From Candidatus Latescibacterota bacterium (lineage in GTDB: Bacteria; Latescibacterota; UBA2968; UBA8231), in the NCBI GenBank assembly GCA_965243025.1, contig CBDETY010000003.1:5664001-5728000 (forward strand): 64,000 nt of DNA. The letters are read 5' to 3'. Position numbers and translations under genes: made by a program. Within the stretch, counting starts at the first letter, position 1; each line of letters begins with the position of its first letter. Shown piece by piece: positions 41,425-50,656 of this stretch. The notes below the pieces were generated by a model. It saw only the letters and a list, made by a program, of their open reading frames with translations, was not told the DNA's origin and searched no databases.

Positions 41425-42581
41425 GCCGTACCGCCTCGTGCGACATCGACATGCCGAAGTTGACTGGCTTCGGCACCGCCGAGGGCCGATGGGCAAGGCT
41501 TGGCCCATACTACGCGATGTTCCCAGTCGAGTTCGCACGGGACGTCATCGAAAACCTCAGCCAATGCGGCGACACGGTTCTGGATCCGTTCTGCGGCCGC
41601 GGAACCGCCCCGTACGTCGCCATGATTTCGGGCCGCCGCGCCGTCGGGTGCGACATCAATCCGGTTGCTTGGCTGTACGCCGCTGTCAAGACAGACCCGT
41701 GCCCTTTGTACCCCGACGTAAATCGGCGCATCCGCGAGGTTTCCGCCGCCGTACGGCCACGCGACCGGCGCCCGGCGGACGAGTTCCAGGCGCTCGCTTA
41801 TGGGCGGAAGGCGTTGGGTTTCATCAATGCCGCACGCCGAGAGTTGCGATGGCGCGAAAGCCGCCTCGACCGCACCGTCGCTGCCTTCTTACTCCACTAT
41901 CTGCATGCCAAGCTGGGGCAGGGCCTATCAAACCAGATGCGCCCTTCGCGAGCGATGTGTCCTGACTACTCTGTCCGCTGGTGGCGGAAGCGCGGCCTCA
42001 CAAGCCCACCCGACGTTGACGCGGCATCTTTTCTCAGCGACCGGGCCGCTTGGCGCTACGCCAAGGGGATTCCGGAACGTGCCGGGAACGCTAGGTTGGC
42101 GCTGGGCGACGCCGCCGCCGTTCTGCCAGATGCGGGGACAGGTGCCGCGCTCGTTTTTACGTCCCCGCCGTATGTCGGTGTCACCAACTACCGATCCGAT
42201 AACTGGCTGCGGCTATGGGCGTTGGGGGAGGGCCCGCCTCGAGCCGACTGGTCCACAAGCCAGAAGTTCACCAACCCCGAGAAGTACGAGACTATGCTGG
42301 ACGATGTGGTGCGGGCGGCGCGTGACCGAGCGCGTAGCGATGCGGTCTGGTACCTGCGTGTGGACGCTCGGAAGAGGACGCTCGCCGAAGTACGTCGCGT
42401 GACAGCAGCGGTGCTGCCCGGGCATCGTCGATACGAGCGACCATCGCCCTCGCCAAGTCGCACGCAGACAGCCATGTACGGAGACCACGGCGTCAAGCCG
42501 GGAGACGTGGACTTGGTGTACGTACCCCGGACAAGACGGAAACCAGCGTTCCTCAAGGGCTTCCGCCCACGTCGTCGTTAG
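41421..42581 (+). CDS. Amino-DNA methyltransferase (motif I before SPPY)
   Basis: PYYAMFP, VLDPFCGRGT, GCDINP, FTSPPY; ATGA overlap with NurA. Confidence 0.85.
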   Translation: MSRTASCDIDMPKLTGFGTAEGRWARLGPYYAMFPVEFARDVIENLSQCGDTVLDPFCGRGTAPYVAMISGRRAVGCDINPVAWLYAAVKTDPCPLYPDVNRRIREVSAAVRPRDRRPADEFQALAYGRKALGFINAARRELRWRESRLDRTVAAFLLHYLHAKLGQGLSNQMRPSRAMCPDYSVRWWRKRGLTSPPDVDAASFLSDRAAWRYAKGIPERAGNARLALGDAAAVLPDAGTGAALVFTSPPYVGVTNYRSDNWLRLWALGEGPPRADWSTSQKFTNPEKYETMLDDVVRAARDRARSDAVWYLRVDARKRTLAEVRRVTAAVLPGHRRYERPSPSPSRTQTAMYGDHGVKPGDVDLVYVPRTRRKPAFLKGFRPRRR

Positions 42582-42781
42582 TTGACATGTCTTGGGGAGT
42601 AGCCTGTGTGGCAAGGTTCTGGCGGAACCCCCCTGAATCGGCAAGGTTGCATGATGTGCGTGGGTGAATCTGGCGTGAAGTCAGCACTGGTCTTGGGAAG
42701 AACAATGGCGTTTAAGGATGGTTCTCCCCGAATGAATCATGCTCGGCCTCTTTATGAGGGCGAGAGTGGAGGCAGGGAGTT

Positions 42782-43912
42782 GTGATAGCGAGTGGTGAAG
42801 TAAGAGTTGGCGATGCTACCGACCTCGGGTTCATTGACGAAGGATCGGTGGACTTGGTTATCACCTCGCCCCCTTATCCGATGATTGAAATGTGGGACGA
42901 GGCCTTCCAGCACCAAATACCCTGGGTTGAAAAAGCTCTGGCAGCCTGCGATGGCCCCAAGGCTTTCGAAATGATGCACAGATTACTCGACGAAGCTTGG
43001 GTGGAGGTATTCCGGGTTTTACGTCCGGGGGGGATTGCCTGTATCAACATTGGTGATGCCACCCGCACCATTGACGGGGATTTTCGGCTTTATTCCAACC
43101 ACTCGCGGATCCTATCTGGATTGCTTCGGGTTGGCTTCGTAAGCCTGCCCGATATTCTCTGGCACAAGCCTACAAACGCGCCTAACAAGTTTTTGGGGTC
43201 TGGTATGCTTCCCGCTGGTGCCTACGTCACCTACGAACATGAGTACATCCTGATCGTGCGAAAGGGCCCCCGCAGGGAATTCAAATCAGCCGCGGAGAAG
43301 AGACTGCGGCGAGAGAGCGCCTTCTTTTGGGAGGAGAGGAATCTTTGGTTCTCCGATGTCTGGTTCGATATCCGGGGAGCGGGCCAAGAGCTCGTCGACG
43401 AAGCTTCGCGCAAAAGAAGCGGTGCCTTTCCCTTTGAGTTGGCTTACCGGCTGGTGTGCATGTATTCAATCAAGGGAGACATGGTGCTGGATCCGTTCGG
43501 AGGTACGGGAATTGCAGCGGCTGCCGCCCTTGCCACGGGACGAAATGCCATCTCGGTGGAACTAGATGGGGCACTACTGCCTGTAGTTCGGTCATTCCTC
43601 CAAGCACTGCCGAAGTTTGCCAACGAGCACATCCAGCAGCGTCTCCGGCGCCACATGGAGTTCGCTCAAAAGAGAATCGCCGAGGGAGGTGCCTTCAAGC
43701 ACTGCAATCGGAACTACGGTTTTCCAGTGGTGACCTCCCAAGAGAGAGAACTCTTCCTGAATGATCTCCTGTCGGTTTGGGAGGAGAACGCTTCGGTAAC
43801 CGTTTTGTATGACAAGGAGCCACAGGCGGAGTTTCTAAAGCAGTGGACACCCGAAGAGGTGGAGGGATACTCTCTCCGTCCGAGAGAATTTCAGGCAGAG
43901 CTGCCGCTATAA
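42782..43912 (+). CDS. Site-specific DNA methyltransferase (beta class, N4C/N6A)
   Basis: VITSPPYP before VLDPFGGTG. Confidence 0.92.
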   Translation: MIASGEVRVGDATDLGFIDEGSVDLVITSPPYPMIEMWDEAFQHQIPWVEKALAACDGPKAFEMMHRLLDEAWVEVFRVLRPGGIACINIGDATRTIDGDFRLYSNHSRILSGLLRVGFVSLPDILWHKPTNAPNKFLGSGMLPAGAYVTYEHEYILIVRKGPRREFKSAAEKRLRRESAFFWEERNLWFSDVWFDIRGAGQELVDEASRKRSGAFPFELAYRLVCMYSIKGDMVLDPFGGTGIAAAAALATGRNAISVELDGALLPVVRSFLQALPKFANEHIQQRLRRHMEFAQKRIAEGGAFKHCNRNYGFPVVTSQERELFLNDLLSVWEENASVTVLYDKEPQAEFLKQWTPEEVEGYSLRPREFQAELPL

Positions 43913-43916
43913 TCTC

Positions 43917-44498
43917 TCAGAAGTCGAAACTGAACGATACGCCGCCTTTCTTCTTCTCGTAGATGATCATTCCGGAATCGATAGTCTCGGGAAGCATGTC
44001 CATGGTCGAATAGGTGGTGGGCTTTACCGAAACGGGTGTGTCTCCGATGTAACCGTCGATCCCTTGAGCTTCCTCTTCGGCGGATGCCAGCCGATAGGAG
44101 GTCCTTTTCATTTCGGCGACCCGTGCTATCAGTGCCTCTTGGAAGCAGAGGCCAGTGAAGGTTTTGGCGAGCACCAGATCCTCTACCCATTCACGGACCA
44201 TCTGCTTGTCGATCAGCAGAATCGCTTCCTGGAGTTTTTTAAGCATCGAATAGATTCGCTCAGTCGCCTCCTCGATTGCCGCTGGGTTTCTCTGAAGATA
44301 CCAAGCCTTCCATTCCTCGAAGTTCCTTCCAGAGAACTCGGTGAAGAGTTCGGTCATCTGGCCAACAACGCGCGGGCGTGTCCCTCCTGCATTCTGGTTT
44401 GCCAGATTCATGATCTGAGTGGTGTACTTTGGAAACTCGGGGACTCGGCCAACCGCGAAGTCGACGATTTCCGCAGTCTTGATTTTCCCTTTGGGCAT
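43917..44498 (-). CDS. MjaI-family type II restriction endonuclease
   Basis: PKYTTQIMNLANQNAGGTRPRVVGQM, GIDGYIG...VSVKP PD-(D/E)xK-like core; convergent with MTase. Confidence 0.8.
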   Translation of the reverse strand: MPKGKIKTAEIVDFAVGRVPEFPKYTTQIMNLANQNAGGTRPRVVGQMTELFTEFSGRNFEEWKAWYLQRNPAAIEEATERIYSMLKKLQEAILLIDKQMVREWVEDLVLAKTFTGLCFQEALIARVAEMKRTSYRLASAEEEAQGIDGYIGDTPVSVKPTTYSTMDMLPETIDSGMIIYEKKKGGVSFSFDF

Positions 44499-44574
44499 TT
44501 CATCCAGCCTCCTTGTTGTGCAGTCTCAGAATACGGACAAGTAGGTCCCCCTCCCCCAGTCGCTGACCGCCCGG

Positions 44575-44675
44575 TGGGTAGGTCGTAATCGACCGCGGTA
44601 AGATTCATGGTACGGCTTGGCAGGGTGACGCGTCGTTTGACGTAGTCTATGGTCAAGTTCTCCAGGGCATTGGGC
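44575..44675 (-). pseudogene. OmpR-type winged-helix response regulator fragment
   Basis: LENLTIDYVKRRVTLPSRTMNLTAVDYDL. Confidence 0.4.
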
Positions 44676-44904
44676 CCAACGGGCTCGTCGAAATCCCCGT
44701 CTCCCTTTCCGCTTGGCGGCCCCGAGCAGGAAATTCATGGAGTTGGCCCCAGTTTGCTCCTGAATGCCCGCCAACCTTTGCTCAGGACGTGGGCTGTTCC
44801 AAGCCGCCCATAAAGGAGCACCACCTTCTTCCCCTTGCGGTTCTCTGGAGTTGACCCGATTTCGTGGACACTTCATTTCTTGAAAGAAAGGAGGGTGTCC
44901 AACC

Positions 44905-45219
44905 ATGCCGAAATCCCATTCCCCTTATCCGCCCGAATTCCGGCAACAGATGGTGGAACTGGTACGGGCGGGTCGTAGTCCGGAGTCGCTGGCCAAGGAA
45001 TTCGAGCCGTCCGGGCAGACGATCCGCAACTGGGTGATCCAGGCCGAACGCGATGAGGGGGTGCGCCGCGACGGCCCCTCCCGTCCGGAGCAGGAGGAAT
45101 TGCGGCGCCTTCGCCGTGAGAACAAGCAACTGCGTATCGAACGGGAGATCCTGGCAAAAGCCACGGCCTGGTTCGCTCGCGAGGCCGACTCGGAGTCCGG
45201 CCCGTCTACGAGTTCATGA
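44905..45219 (+). CDS. IS3 transposase OrfA (HTH)
   Basis: YPPEFRQQMVEL, ELRRLRRENKQLRIEREIL. Confidence 0.92.
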   Translation: MPKSHSPYPPEFRQQMVELVRAGRSPESLAKEFEPSGQTIRNWVIQAERDEGVRRDGPSRPEQEELRRLRRENKQLRIEREILAKATAWFAREADSESGPSTSS

Positions 45220-46100
45220 GAGCGCACCAGGCCGACTTTCCGGTGCTGACGATGTGCCGCGTGCTGAAGGTCTCCCCCAGCGGCTACTACGCCTGGTTGA
45301 AACGCCCGCCTTCGGGTCGCGCCCGGGCCGATGCCGTGCTCAAGGCACGTGTCGAGCAGATCCACCAACACTCCCGGGGCACTTATGGAGCGCCGAGGAT
45401 CCGGGCCGAACTGGCCGAGGAGGGCCAAGCCATCGGTCGCAAGCGCATCGCCCGATTGATGCTTGAGCTCGGGGTGCGCGGGGTATGCGCCCGCCGCCGC
45501 CTCTCCACCACCCGTCGCGGCCGGCAGGGCCGGGTCGCCTCCGACCTGGTCAAGCGGGTGTTTTCGGTCTCCGGCCCGAATCGCCTGTGGGTTGCCGATC
45601 TCACCTACATTCCCACGAGGTCGGGGTTTTTGTATCTGAGCGTGGTCATGGACGCCTGGAGCCGCCGAGTGGTGGGCTGGGCCATGGCGAACCATATGCG
45701 TACGCAGTTGGTGCTGGACGCCCTTGACATGGCCCTGCACCGGCGCCGTCCCAAGAAAGTGATTCACCACTCCGACCACGGCAGTCAGTATACGGCCCTG
45801 GCCTTCGGGAAGCGCTGTCGCCAGGCCGGGGTACGTCCGTCGATGGGATCGGTCGGTGACTGCTTCGACAATGCTCTGTGCGAAAGCTTTTTCGCCACCT
45901 TGGAAAGGGAGCTGCTGGATCGTCATCGGTTTGCTACCCAGTCGCAAGCCCAGCGTACGGTTTTCGAATACCTGGAAGGCTGGTACAACCCCCATCGGCG
46001 GCACTCGGCCCTGGGACAACGATCTCCCATCAACTACGAGAGGTATCATTTATCAAGGGGTATAAATCCAAACGGAAAACTGTCCGTGAAATCGGGGTAA
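45216..46100 (+). CDS. IS3 transposase OrfB (DDE)
   Basis: WVADLTY, HHSDHGSQY, DNALCESFF, YNPHRRHSALG. Confidence 0.95.
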   Translation: MRAHQADFPVLTMCRVLKVSPSGYYAWLKRPPSGRARADAVLKARVEQIHQHSRGTYGAPRIRAELAEEGQAIGRKRIARLMLELGVRGVCARRRLSTTRRGRQGRVASDLVKRVFSVSGPNRLWVADLTYIPTRSGFLYLSVVMDAWSRRVVGWAMANHMRTQLVLDALDMALHRRRPKKVIHHSDHGSQYTALAFGKRCRQAGVRPSMGSVGDCFDNALCESFFATLERELLDRHRFATQSQAQRTVFEYLEGWYNPHRRHSALGQRSPINYERYHLSRGINPNGKLSVKSG

Positions 46101-46140
46101 CCTCACTCGGGGCTGGTCGACCTATTAGAAACAGGGTGCT

Positions 46141-46569
46141 CTACTTACGCCACCTGCCTAGCGACAGACGTTCGCATACACGGTTTCGCCAGGAGAGCCA
46201 GAAAGCTTTAGGGTTCGGTTGAGACACAATAAGCCGCCTTCGCTCGACTTGGGCATACTCCGAATGACGGCTTGGATCGATTCTAGGCGCCCAAACGACG
46301 GTGTTATTCCAAATATAGTAGTGACTGCCGCAGCCCGAATTAGCCCACACGGACCCACCTGTGGCCCCTCCCAAGGAGACCGATTTGCCGTCAAAGTGAA
46401 CGTGCCAACGGCTGGGGTGGAGGGACAGGACGGTCAGATCGCCGCAGCCGCATGGACAGCGCAGGTTGACGGTTCGGTGCTTGTGGCTGATCCAGAGCTC
46501 GCCAGCTTTGATTGTGTCAAAGTCTGGCATTAGGTCTACGAAGATCGGTCGGACTTCCATGGGCGTCAT
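46141..46569 (-). CDS. DUF6527-like protein (putative Ubl-processing peptidase)
   Basis: GELWIS...LRCPCGCG...CGSHYYI; last gene of Ubl-ThiF operon. Confidence 0.75.
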   Translation of the reverse strand: MTPMEVRPIFVDLMPDFDTIKAGELWISHKHRTVNLRCPCGCGDLTVLSLHPSRWHVHFDGKSVSLGGATGGSVWANSGCGSHYYIWNNTVVWAPRIDPSRHSEYAQVERRRLIVSQPNPKAFWLSWRNRVCERLSLGRWRK

Positions 46570-46578
46570 GCCTTCGAG

Positions 46579-47766
46579 TCAGGCCGCCCTGGCAATCCGG
46601 GGTGTCTCGAGACGGAATTTGTGAAGGAACGAAGCGGATTCGGAAACGTACTGTTCCGTGCGGCGCCGCCACTCCATCATGGCAAGCGACGCCGCCAAAG
46701 CGTTCACTTCCGGGAGCTGGACGTTGCGATAGCCTGGCGCATTGCCCTCGACCCTGGCGTTCGGTATGGCATCTTGCCATGCCAGAGAGCCGGCGGCATT
46801 GGCAATTGTCGTGACCGCGCCGCTAACCGCATCGTTTTCCAAGGTAATACTCACGCCCGAATCTATGAACGGAACCTCCTCCTCCGAGAGCACGGCGTAC
46901 ACGACGTCCTGACGCGGCGAGTCACAGTCAATCCGTTGGTCGATACACACGAAAGCATAGTCGACAGAATGTTCGGACAGGAATTCGGCGAATCTTGTTG
47001 AATTGTCGACTCGGATGGCATGCGCGTGGATGCCTTCCCGGAGGGAAGCGTACTTGGAGTGGTAGTAGTCCACTTTGCGCGGGCGCGCCTTACGCAGCGA
47101 TTCAATCTCCTCGCAAGTCGGTGCTCCCGGCGCACGCATGAGGTTGTGCCAGTCCACCTCGTCGGAATCGAGAAGATGGATCTCTGCCACAGGCGTCTTC
47201 ACCATGAGGTCAAGTAAGTAGGCCCCCGTCCCGCCCAGACCGATAATCGCAACGCGCTGATCGCGGATACGGTCTTGCACTGGGCCTATCGCCGCTCGGG
47301 CCTCGTAAGTGTTGGGAATCTTAAACGGACCCCGGTCTACGAGGGAAGTGGGTTCGTGGAAACCGGCCGCCGAAACGGCCCCGACGACTTGCTTTGCATA
47401 GCGGTAGATCACGTCGTTTGGTGAAGCATCGTCCTCTGGACTAGCTTGGCTACCTCTCCGAATAGAAATGTTGGACCAGGTTTCGCCGTCACCGCCTATG
47501 TGGTGCCCGATAGGTGTTCCATTCGCGTTGTACACGCAGCCATCCAGTGCTTCGTCAGGGGTGACGGAGACGGCATGGACTGCCCCACCTATGCGTTTAT
47601 TCGGCTTCCCGCTCTCCGGGTCGAAGGATTTTTCGATCTTGCAGGTACCAACGATCTCGTCTTTGAGCAGACAGGGAACCCTCTCGGCTGCCACAACGTC
47701 GTTGCCCACCGTCACCGTAAAACCAATCTGCCCCGCGAACTGGAAGAGGCGATCCTTACGAGACAT
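46579..47766 (-). CDS. ThiF/E1-family adenylyltransferase with N-terminal DUF6791-like domain
   Basis: VAIIGLGGTG, LLDSDEVDWHNLMRAPG, FVCID, PFIDSG, YRNVQLPEVNALAA. Confidence 0.85.
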   Translation of the reverse strand: MSRKDRLFQFAGQIGFTVTVGNDVVAAERVPCLLKDEIVGTCKIEKSFDPESGKPNKRIGGAVHAVSVTPDEALDGCVYNANGTPIGHHIGGDGETWSNISIRRGSQASPEDDASPNDVIYRYAKQVVGAVSAAGFHEPTSLVDRGPFKIPNTYEARAAIGPVQDRIRDQRVAIIGLGGTGAYLLDLMVKTPVAEIHLLDSDEVDWHNLMRAPGAPTCEEIESLRKARPRKVDYYHSKYASLREGIHAHAIRVDNSTRFAEFLSEHSVDYAFVCIDQRIDCDSPRQDVVYAVLSEEEVPFIDSGVSITLENDAVSGAVTTIANAAGSLAWQDAIPNARVEGNAPGYRNVQLPEVNALAASLAMMEWRRRTEQYVSESASFLHKFRLETPRIARAA

Positions 47767-48004
47767 GTTCGGGGTCTACCGAGAAGCTCGTGCCGTCCTT
47801 GACTTCAACGTCCTTGCCAGGCAGGAGTACGCCGTCGTTGCCTTTCAAGTCGTTTTCGTAGTCGATTCCGGGCGTGCCGATAATGTGCTTTCCCTCCGCC
47901 TCGTGAAGCATGTTCCAGATCTTTACGATCTGTTCATACGTCACGACAGGGCCAGGGACCTTGTACTCTCGACCGCTCACGATAATCTGTGTGTCACCAT
48001 TCAT
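47756..48004 (-). CDS. Multi-ubiquitin-family ubiquitin-like protein
   Basis: IIVSGREYKV...VTYEQIV...LLPGKDVEVKDGTSFSV; GGAG RBS; overlaps ThiF start. Confidence 0.75.
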   Translation of the reverse strand: MNGDTQIIVSGREYKVPGPVVTYEQIVKIWNMLHEAEGKHIIGTPGIDYENDLKGNDGVLLPGKDVEVKDGTSFSVDPEHVS

Positions 48005-48136
48005 AGGTTGCTCCTCCGATTTTGGAATGCATAGGTTACGGTCAGGATCAATCCGGGGCCTGGGGGACCATTGAGGTCACACAAGCTCCATCTGTTCCTG
48101 CCCATCGAGCGCGATCAGCCTTGCCGTGTGTCGTCA

Positions 48137-48174
48137 CAACGGCATATGATATGTCGTTGAAAACCCAATGTCAA
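48137..48174 (-). promoter_or_regulatory. Sigma70 promoter of the Ubl operon with overlapping palindromic operator
   Basis: Minus strand TTGACA (48174-48169)-N17-TATCAT (48151-48146); inverted repeat CAACGGCATA-TGA-TATGTCGTTG at 48137-48159. Confidence 0.7.
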
Positions 48175-48245
48175 GGGCGTATTAGATCTTTCCTATTTGC
48201 CTTCTTGTGTGCTATTCTTGTGGGGGAGATCGGTCGTGAACCGTA

Positions 48246-49010
48246 ATGGCTGTTGAAATCGCCGGTTTTGCCCAAGCGCTAGCCCGTTGTCAGGCCTTTG
48301 AGTCCGTCGATGCTGGCGAGCTTGAGAACGTGCTCTCAAGTGGCCAGGAACCACTGGAGATGCTGTTCGTTGAGCCTTCGGCTGATGAGCCACTCATTCG
48401 CTCGGGAGGGCCCTTTAGGCACCTGTTCTTCGTTTTACACGGCATGATCGTGCCCTGGCAGTATCCTCACTCGGAACTCTCATCCCCTTTCCTCATAGGG
48501 GATCACGAATTCATGATGAATGCGGAGCGCTGGGTGGCTTCCTACTCCGCTGCAACGGAAGCGACGGTCGTGGGCATCCCCGTCTCCACGATGCGACACG
48601 CCGTTGAAAAGATGCCCGAGATTCGGTCCAATTTGTACCTATTGTTGTTGAGGCGAATGGCGCGCTACTACTGGATTTCACTCGCTACCAACGGGAGTCC
48701 ACCACCGAGGGTAGCGGCCGCTCTGATCTCCCGTCTGGCCCTCAATGGACTGGATCACGGCCGCGAGCGCGAGATCGTCGTGCGGCAGCGAGACATCGTC
48801 CGCCTCACAGTCATGTCTCGCTCGGCCGTCGCGGGGGGGATTGCAACACTCGTTTCCGCTGACCTCATCCGCACCGGGGACGACAACAGTGAAAGATTCT
48901 CAGGGCTCGTACATGTCCCGGACGTTGACCGGTTAAAGGACTACGCTCTCAGCGAAGTTCGGGGAAAAGAGGTCCTCCCACTTCTCCAGTCGTACAAAGA
49001 CTACCAATGA
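48246..49010 (+). CDS. CRP/FNR-like regulator (cNMP-binding fold plus HTH)
   Basis: LIRSGGPFRHLFFVLHG...IGDHEF...ASYSAATEATVVGIP; HTH RQRDIVRLTVMSRSAVAG. Confidence 0.7.
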   Translation: MAVEIAGFAQALARCQAFESVDAGELENVLSSGQEPLEMLFVEPSADEPLIRSGGPFRHLFFVLHGMIVPWQYPHSELSSPFLIGDHEFMMNAERWVASYSAATEATVVGIPVSTMRHAVEKMPEIRSNLYLLLLRRMARYYWISLATNGSPPPRVAAALISRLALNGLDHGREREIVVRQRDIVRLTVMSRSAVAGGIATLVSADLIRTGDDNSERFSGLVHVPDVDRLKDYALSEVRGKEVLPLLQSYKDYQ

Positions 49011-49104
49011 ACCCCTACACCCGGTTTGCAGGTAGCGTTGGTGGGACCACCCCTTGGAAGCGACCAACAAGCCGGTAACCGGGCTCCCTCGAGAAAACCC
49101 AACC

Positions 49105-50592
49105 GTGCCACCCGTCCGCGTTCGCATAGCCCCCTCGCCGACCGGAGCCCCCCACGTCGGCACCGCCTACATCGCCCTGTTCAACATGGCCTTCGCCCGC
49201 CGCCGCGGCGGCGAGCTGGTCCTCCGCATTGAGGACACCGACCAGACGCGCTCCTCCGACGAGCACGAGGAACGGCTGATAGAGGCCCTGCGCTGGGCGG
49301 GCATCGAGTGGCAGGAGGGCCCCGATGTCGGCGGCCCCCACGGTCCCTACCGCCAGAGCGAGCGGATCCAGATCTACTCCGAGTACGCCAAGCAGCTCGT
49401 CGACCAGGGCTGCGCCTACTACTCCTTCACGACCCCCGAGGAGCTGGCCGCCTGGCGGAAGCGCAAGGACTCGGATGAACCCGCCCCGTACGACGCCGAG
49501 CGCGAGCAGTCCACCGAATCCGCGCGCAAGCAAATCGACGCCGGGACTCCGCACGTGATCCGCATGAAAACCCCGCGCGAGGGATCGGTAACGGTCACCG
49601 ACACGCTGCGCGGGGAGATCCCGTTCGACCTGGCCGGCCTCGACGACCAGGTGCTGCTGAAGTCGGACGGGTTCCCCACCTATCACCTCGCCGTCGTCGT
49701 CGACGATCACCTGATGGAGATCAGCCACGTCATCCGCGGCGAGGAGTGGATTCCGTCGACGCCGAAACACCTGCTGCTCTACGACTGGCTGGGCTGGGAC
49801 CCCCCGGAGCACACCCACCTGCCGCTGCTGCTCAACCCGGACCGCTCCAAGATGTCGAAGCGGCGGAACCCGACCTCCATCGACTTCTACCGCCGCGCCG
49901 GGTACCTCCCCGAGGCCCTGCTCAACTACCTGGCGCTGATGGCCTACCCGCCGGGGGAGGGGGGCGAGGAGAAGTTCCCGCTGTCCGGGCTGGTCGACCG
50001 CTTCGATCTCGGGCGGGTCAACCTCGGCGGCTCGGTGTTCGACCTCGAGAAGCTGAGCTGGCTCAACGGCCGCTACATCCGCGAGGACCTCAGCGCCGGC
50101 CAGCTGCTGGACAAGCTGAAGGAATGGGCCCTGAACGACGGTTTCCTCGGCGAGATGATCCCGCTGATGCAGCCGCGCATGCAGACCCTCGGCGACTTCA
50201 TGCCGGCCTGCTCCTTCTTCTTCGCCCGCGAGGTGGAGCCGGCCGCGGAGGATCTCGTGCCCAAGAAGCGGGAGCCCGCGGAGGCGGCGCAGATGCTCCT
50301 GACCGCGGTCTGGGCGCTTCAGGAGGTCTCCCCCTGGGAGGTCTCCGGGGTCGAGGCGGCGGTCCAGCGGGTGAGCTCGTTCTGGGAGTGGCCGGTGCGC
50401 GAGGTGACCCGGCCGATGTTCGCCGCGCTCATGGGACGGCCGGTCGGGCCGCCGCTCTACGAGTCGATCGTCCTGCTCGACATCGACCTGACGCGGGCGC
50501 GGCTGCAGGCCGCGGTCGGGGTGCTCGGGGGGGTCTCCAGGAAGAAGGAGCGGGCCCTGGAGAAGGAGTGGTCTTCCCGGGGCCGGGGCTAG
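49105..50592 (+). CDS. gltX: Glutamyl-tRNA synthetase
   Basis: RVRIAPSPTGAPHVG, LRIEDTD, YRQSER, HVIRGEEW, KMSKR. Confidence 0.96.
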   Translation: MPPVRVRIAPSPTGAPHVGTAYIALFNMAFARRRGGELVLRIEDTDQTRSSDEHEERLIEALRWAGIEWQEGPDVGGPHGPYRQSERIQIYSEYAKQLVDQGCAYYSFTTPEELAAWRKRKDSDEPAPYDAEREQSTESARKQIDAGTPHVIRMKTPREGSVTVTDTLRGEIPFDLAGLDDQVLLKSDGFPTYHLAVVVDDHLMEISHVIRGEEWIPSTPKHLLLYDWLGWDPPEHTHLPLLLNPDRSKMSKRRNPTSIDFYRRAGYLPEALLNYLALMAYPPGEGGEEKFPLSGLVDRFDLGRVNLGGSVFDLEKLSWLNGRYIREDLSAGQLLDKLKEWALNDGFLGEMIPLMQPRMQTLGDFMPACSFFFAREVEPAAEDLVPKKREPAEAAQMLLTAVWALQEVSPWEVSGVEAAVQRVSSFWEWPVREVTRPMFAALMGRPVGPPLYESIVLLDIDLTRARLQAAVGVLGGVSRKKERALEKEWSSRGRG

Positions 50593-50656
50593 CCTTGGTT
50601 ACTTCCGTTTCTTCATTCTGGTTCGAGGTCAGGCAGAGGATTTCCCTTCCGTTCCG

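Larger units (their letters stand above)
44846..46105 (+). mobile_element. IS3-family insertion sequence, complete
   Basis: Imperfect terminal IRs TGGAGTTGACCCGATTTCGTGGACACTT / reverse complement of right end TGAGGTTACCCCGATTTCACGGACAGTT; CTC duplication at 44843-44845 and 46106-46108. Confidence 0.95.

Noticed and set aside
34305-49050. Terminal direct repeats or integrase defining the defence island (TTGGTGGG near both ends)
   Set aside because: Only an 8-bp match and no integrase or tRNA; boundaries inferred from gene content only
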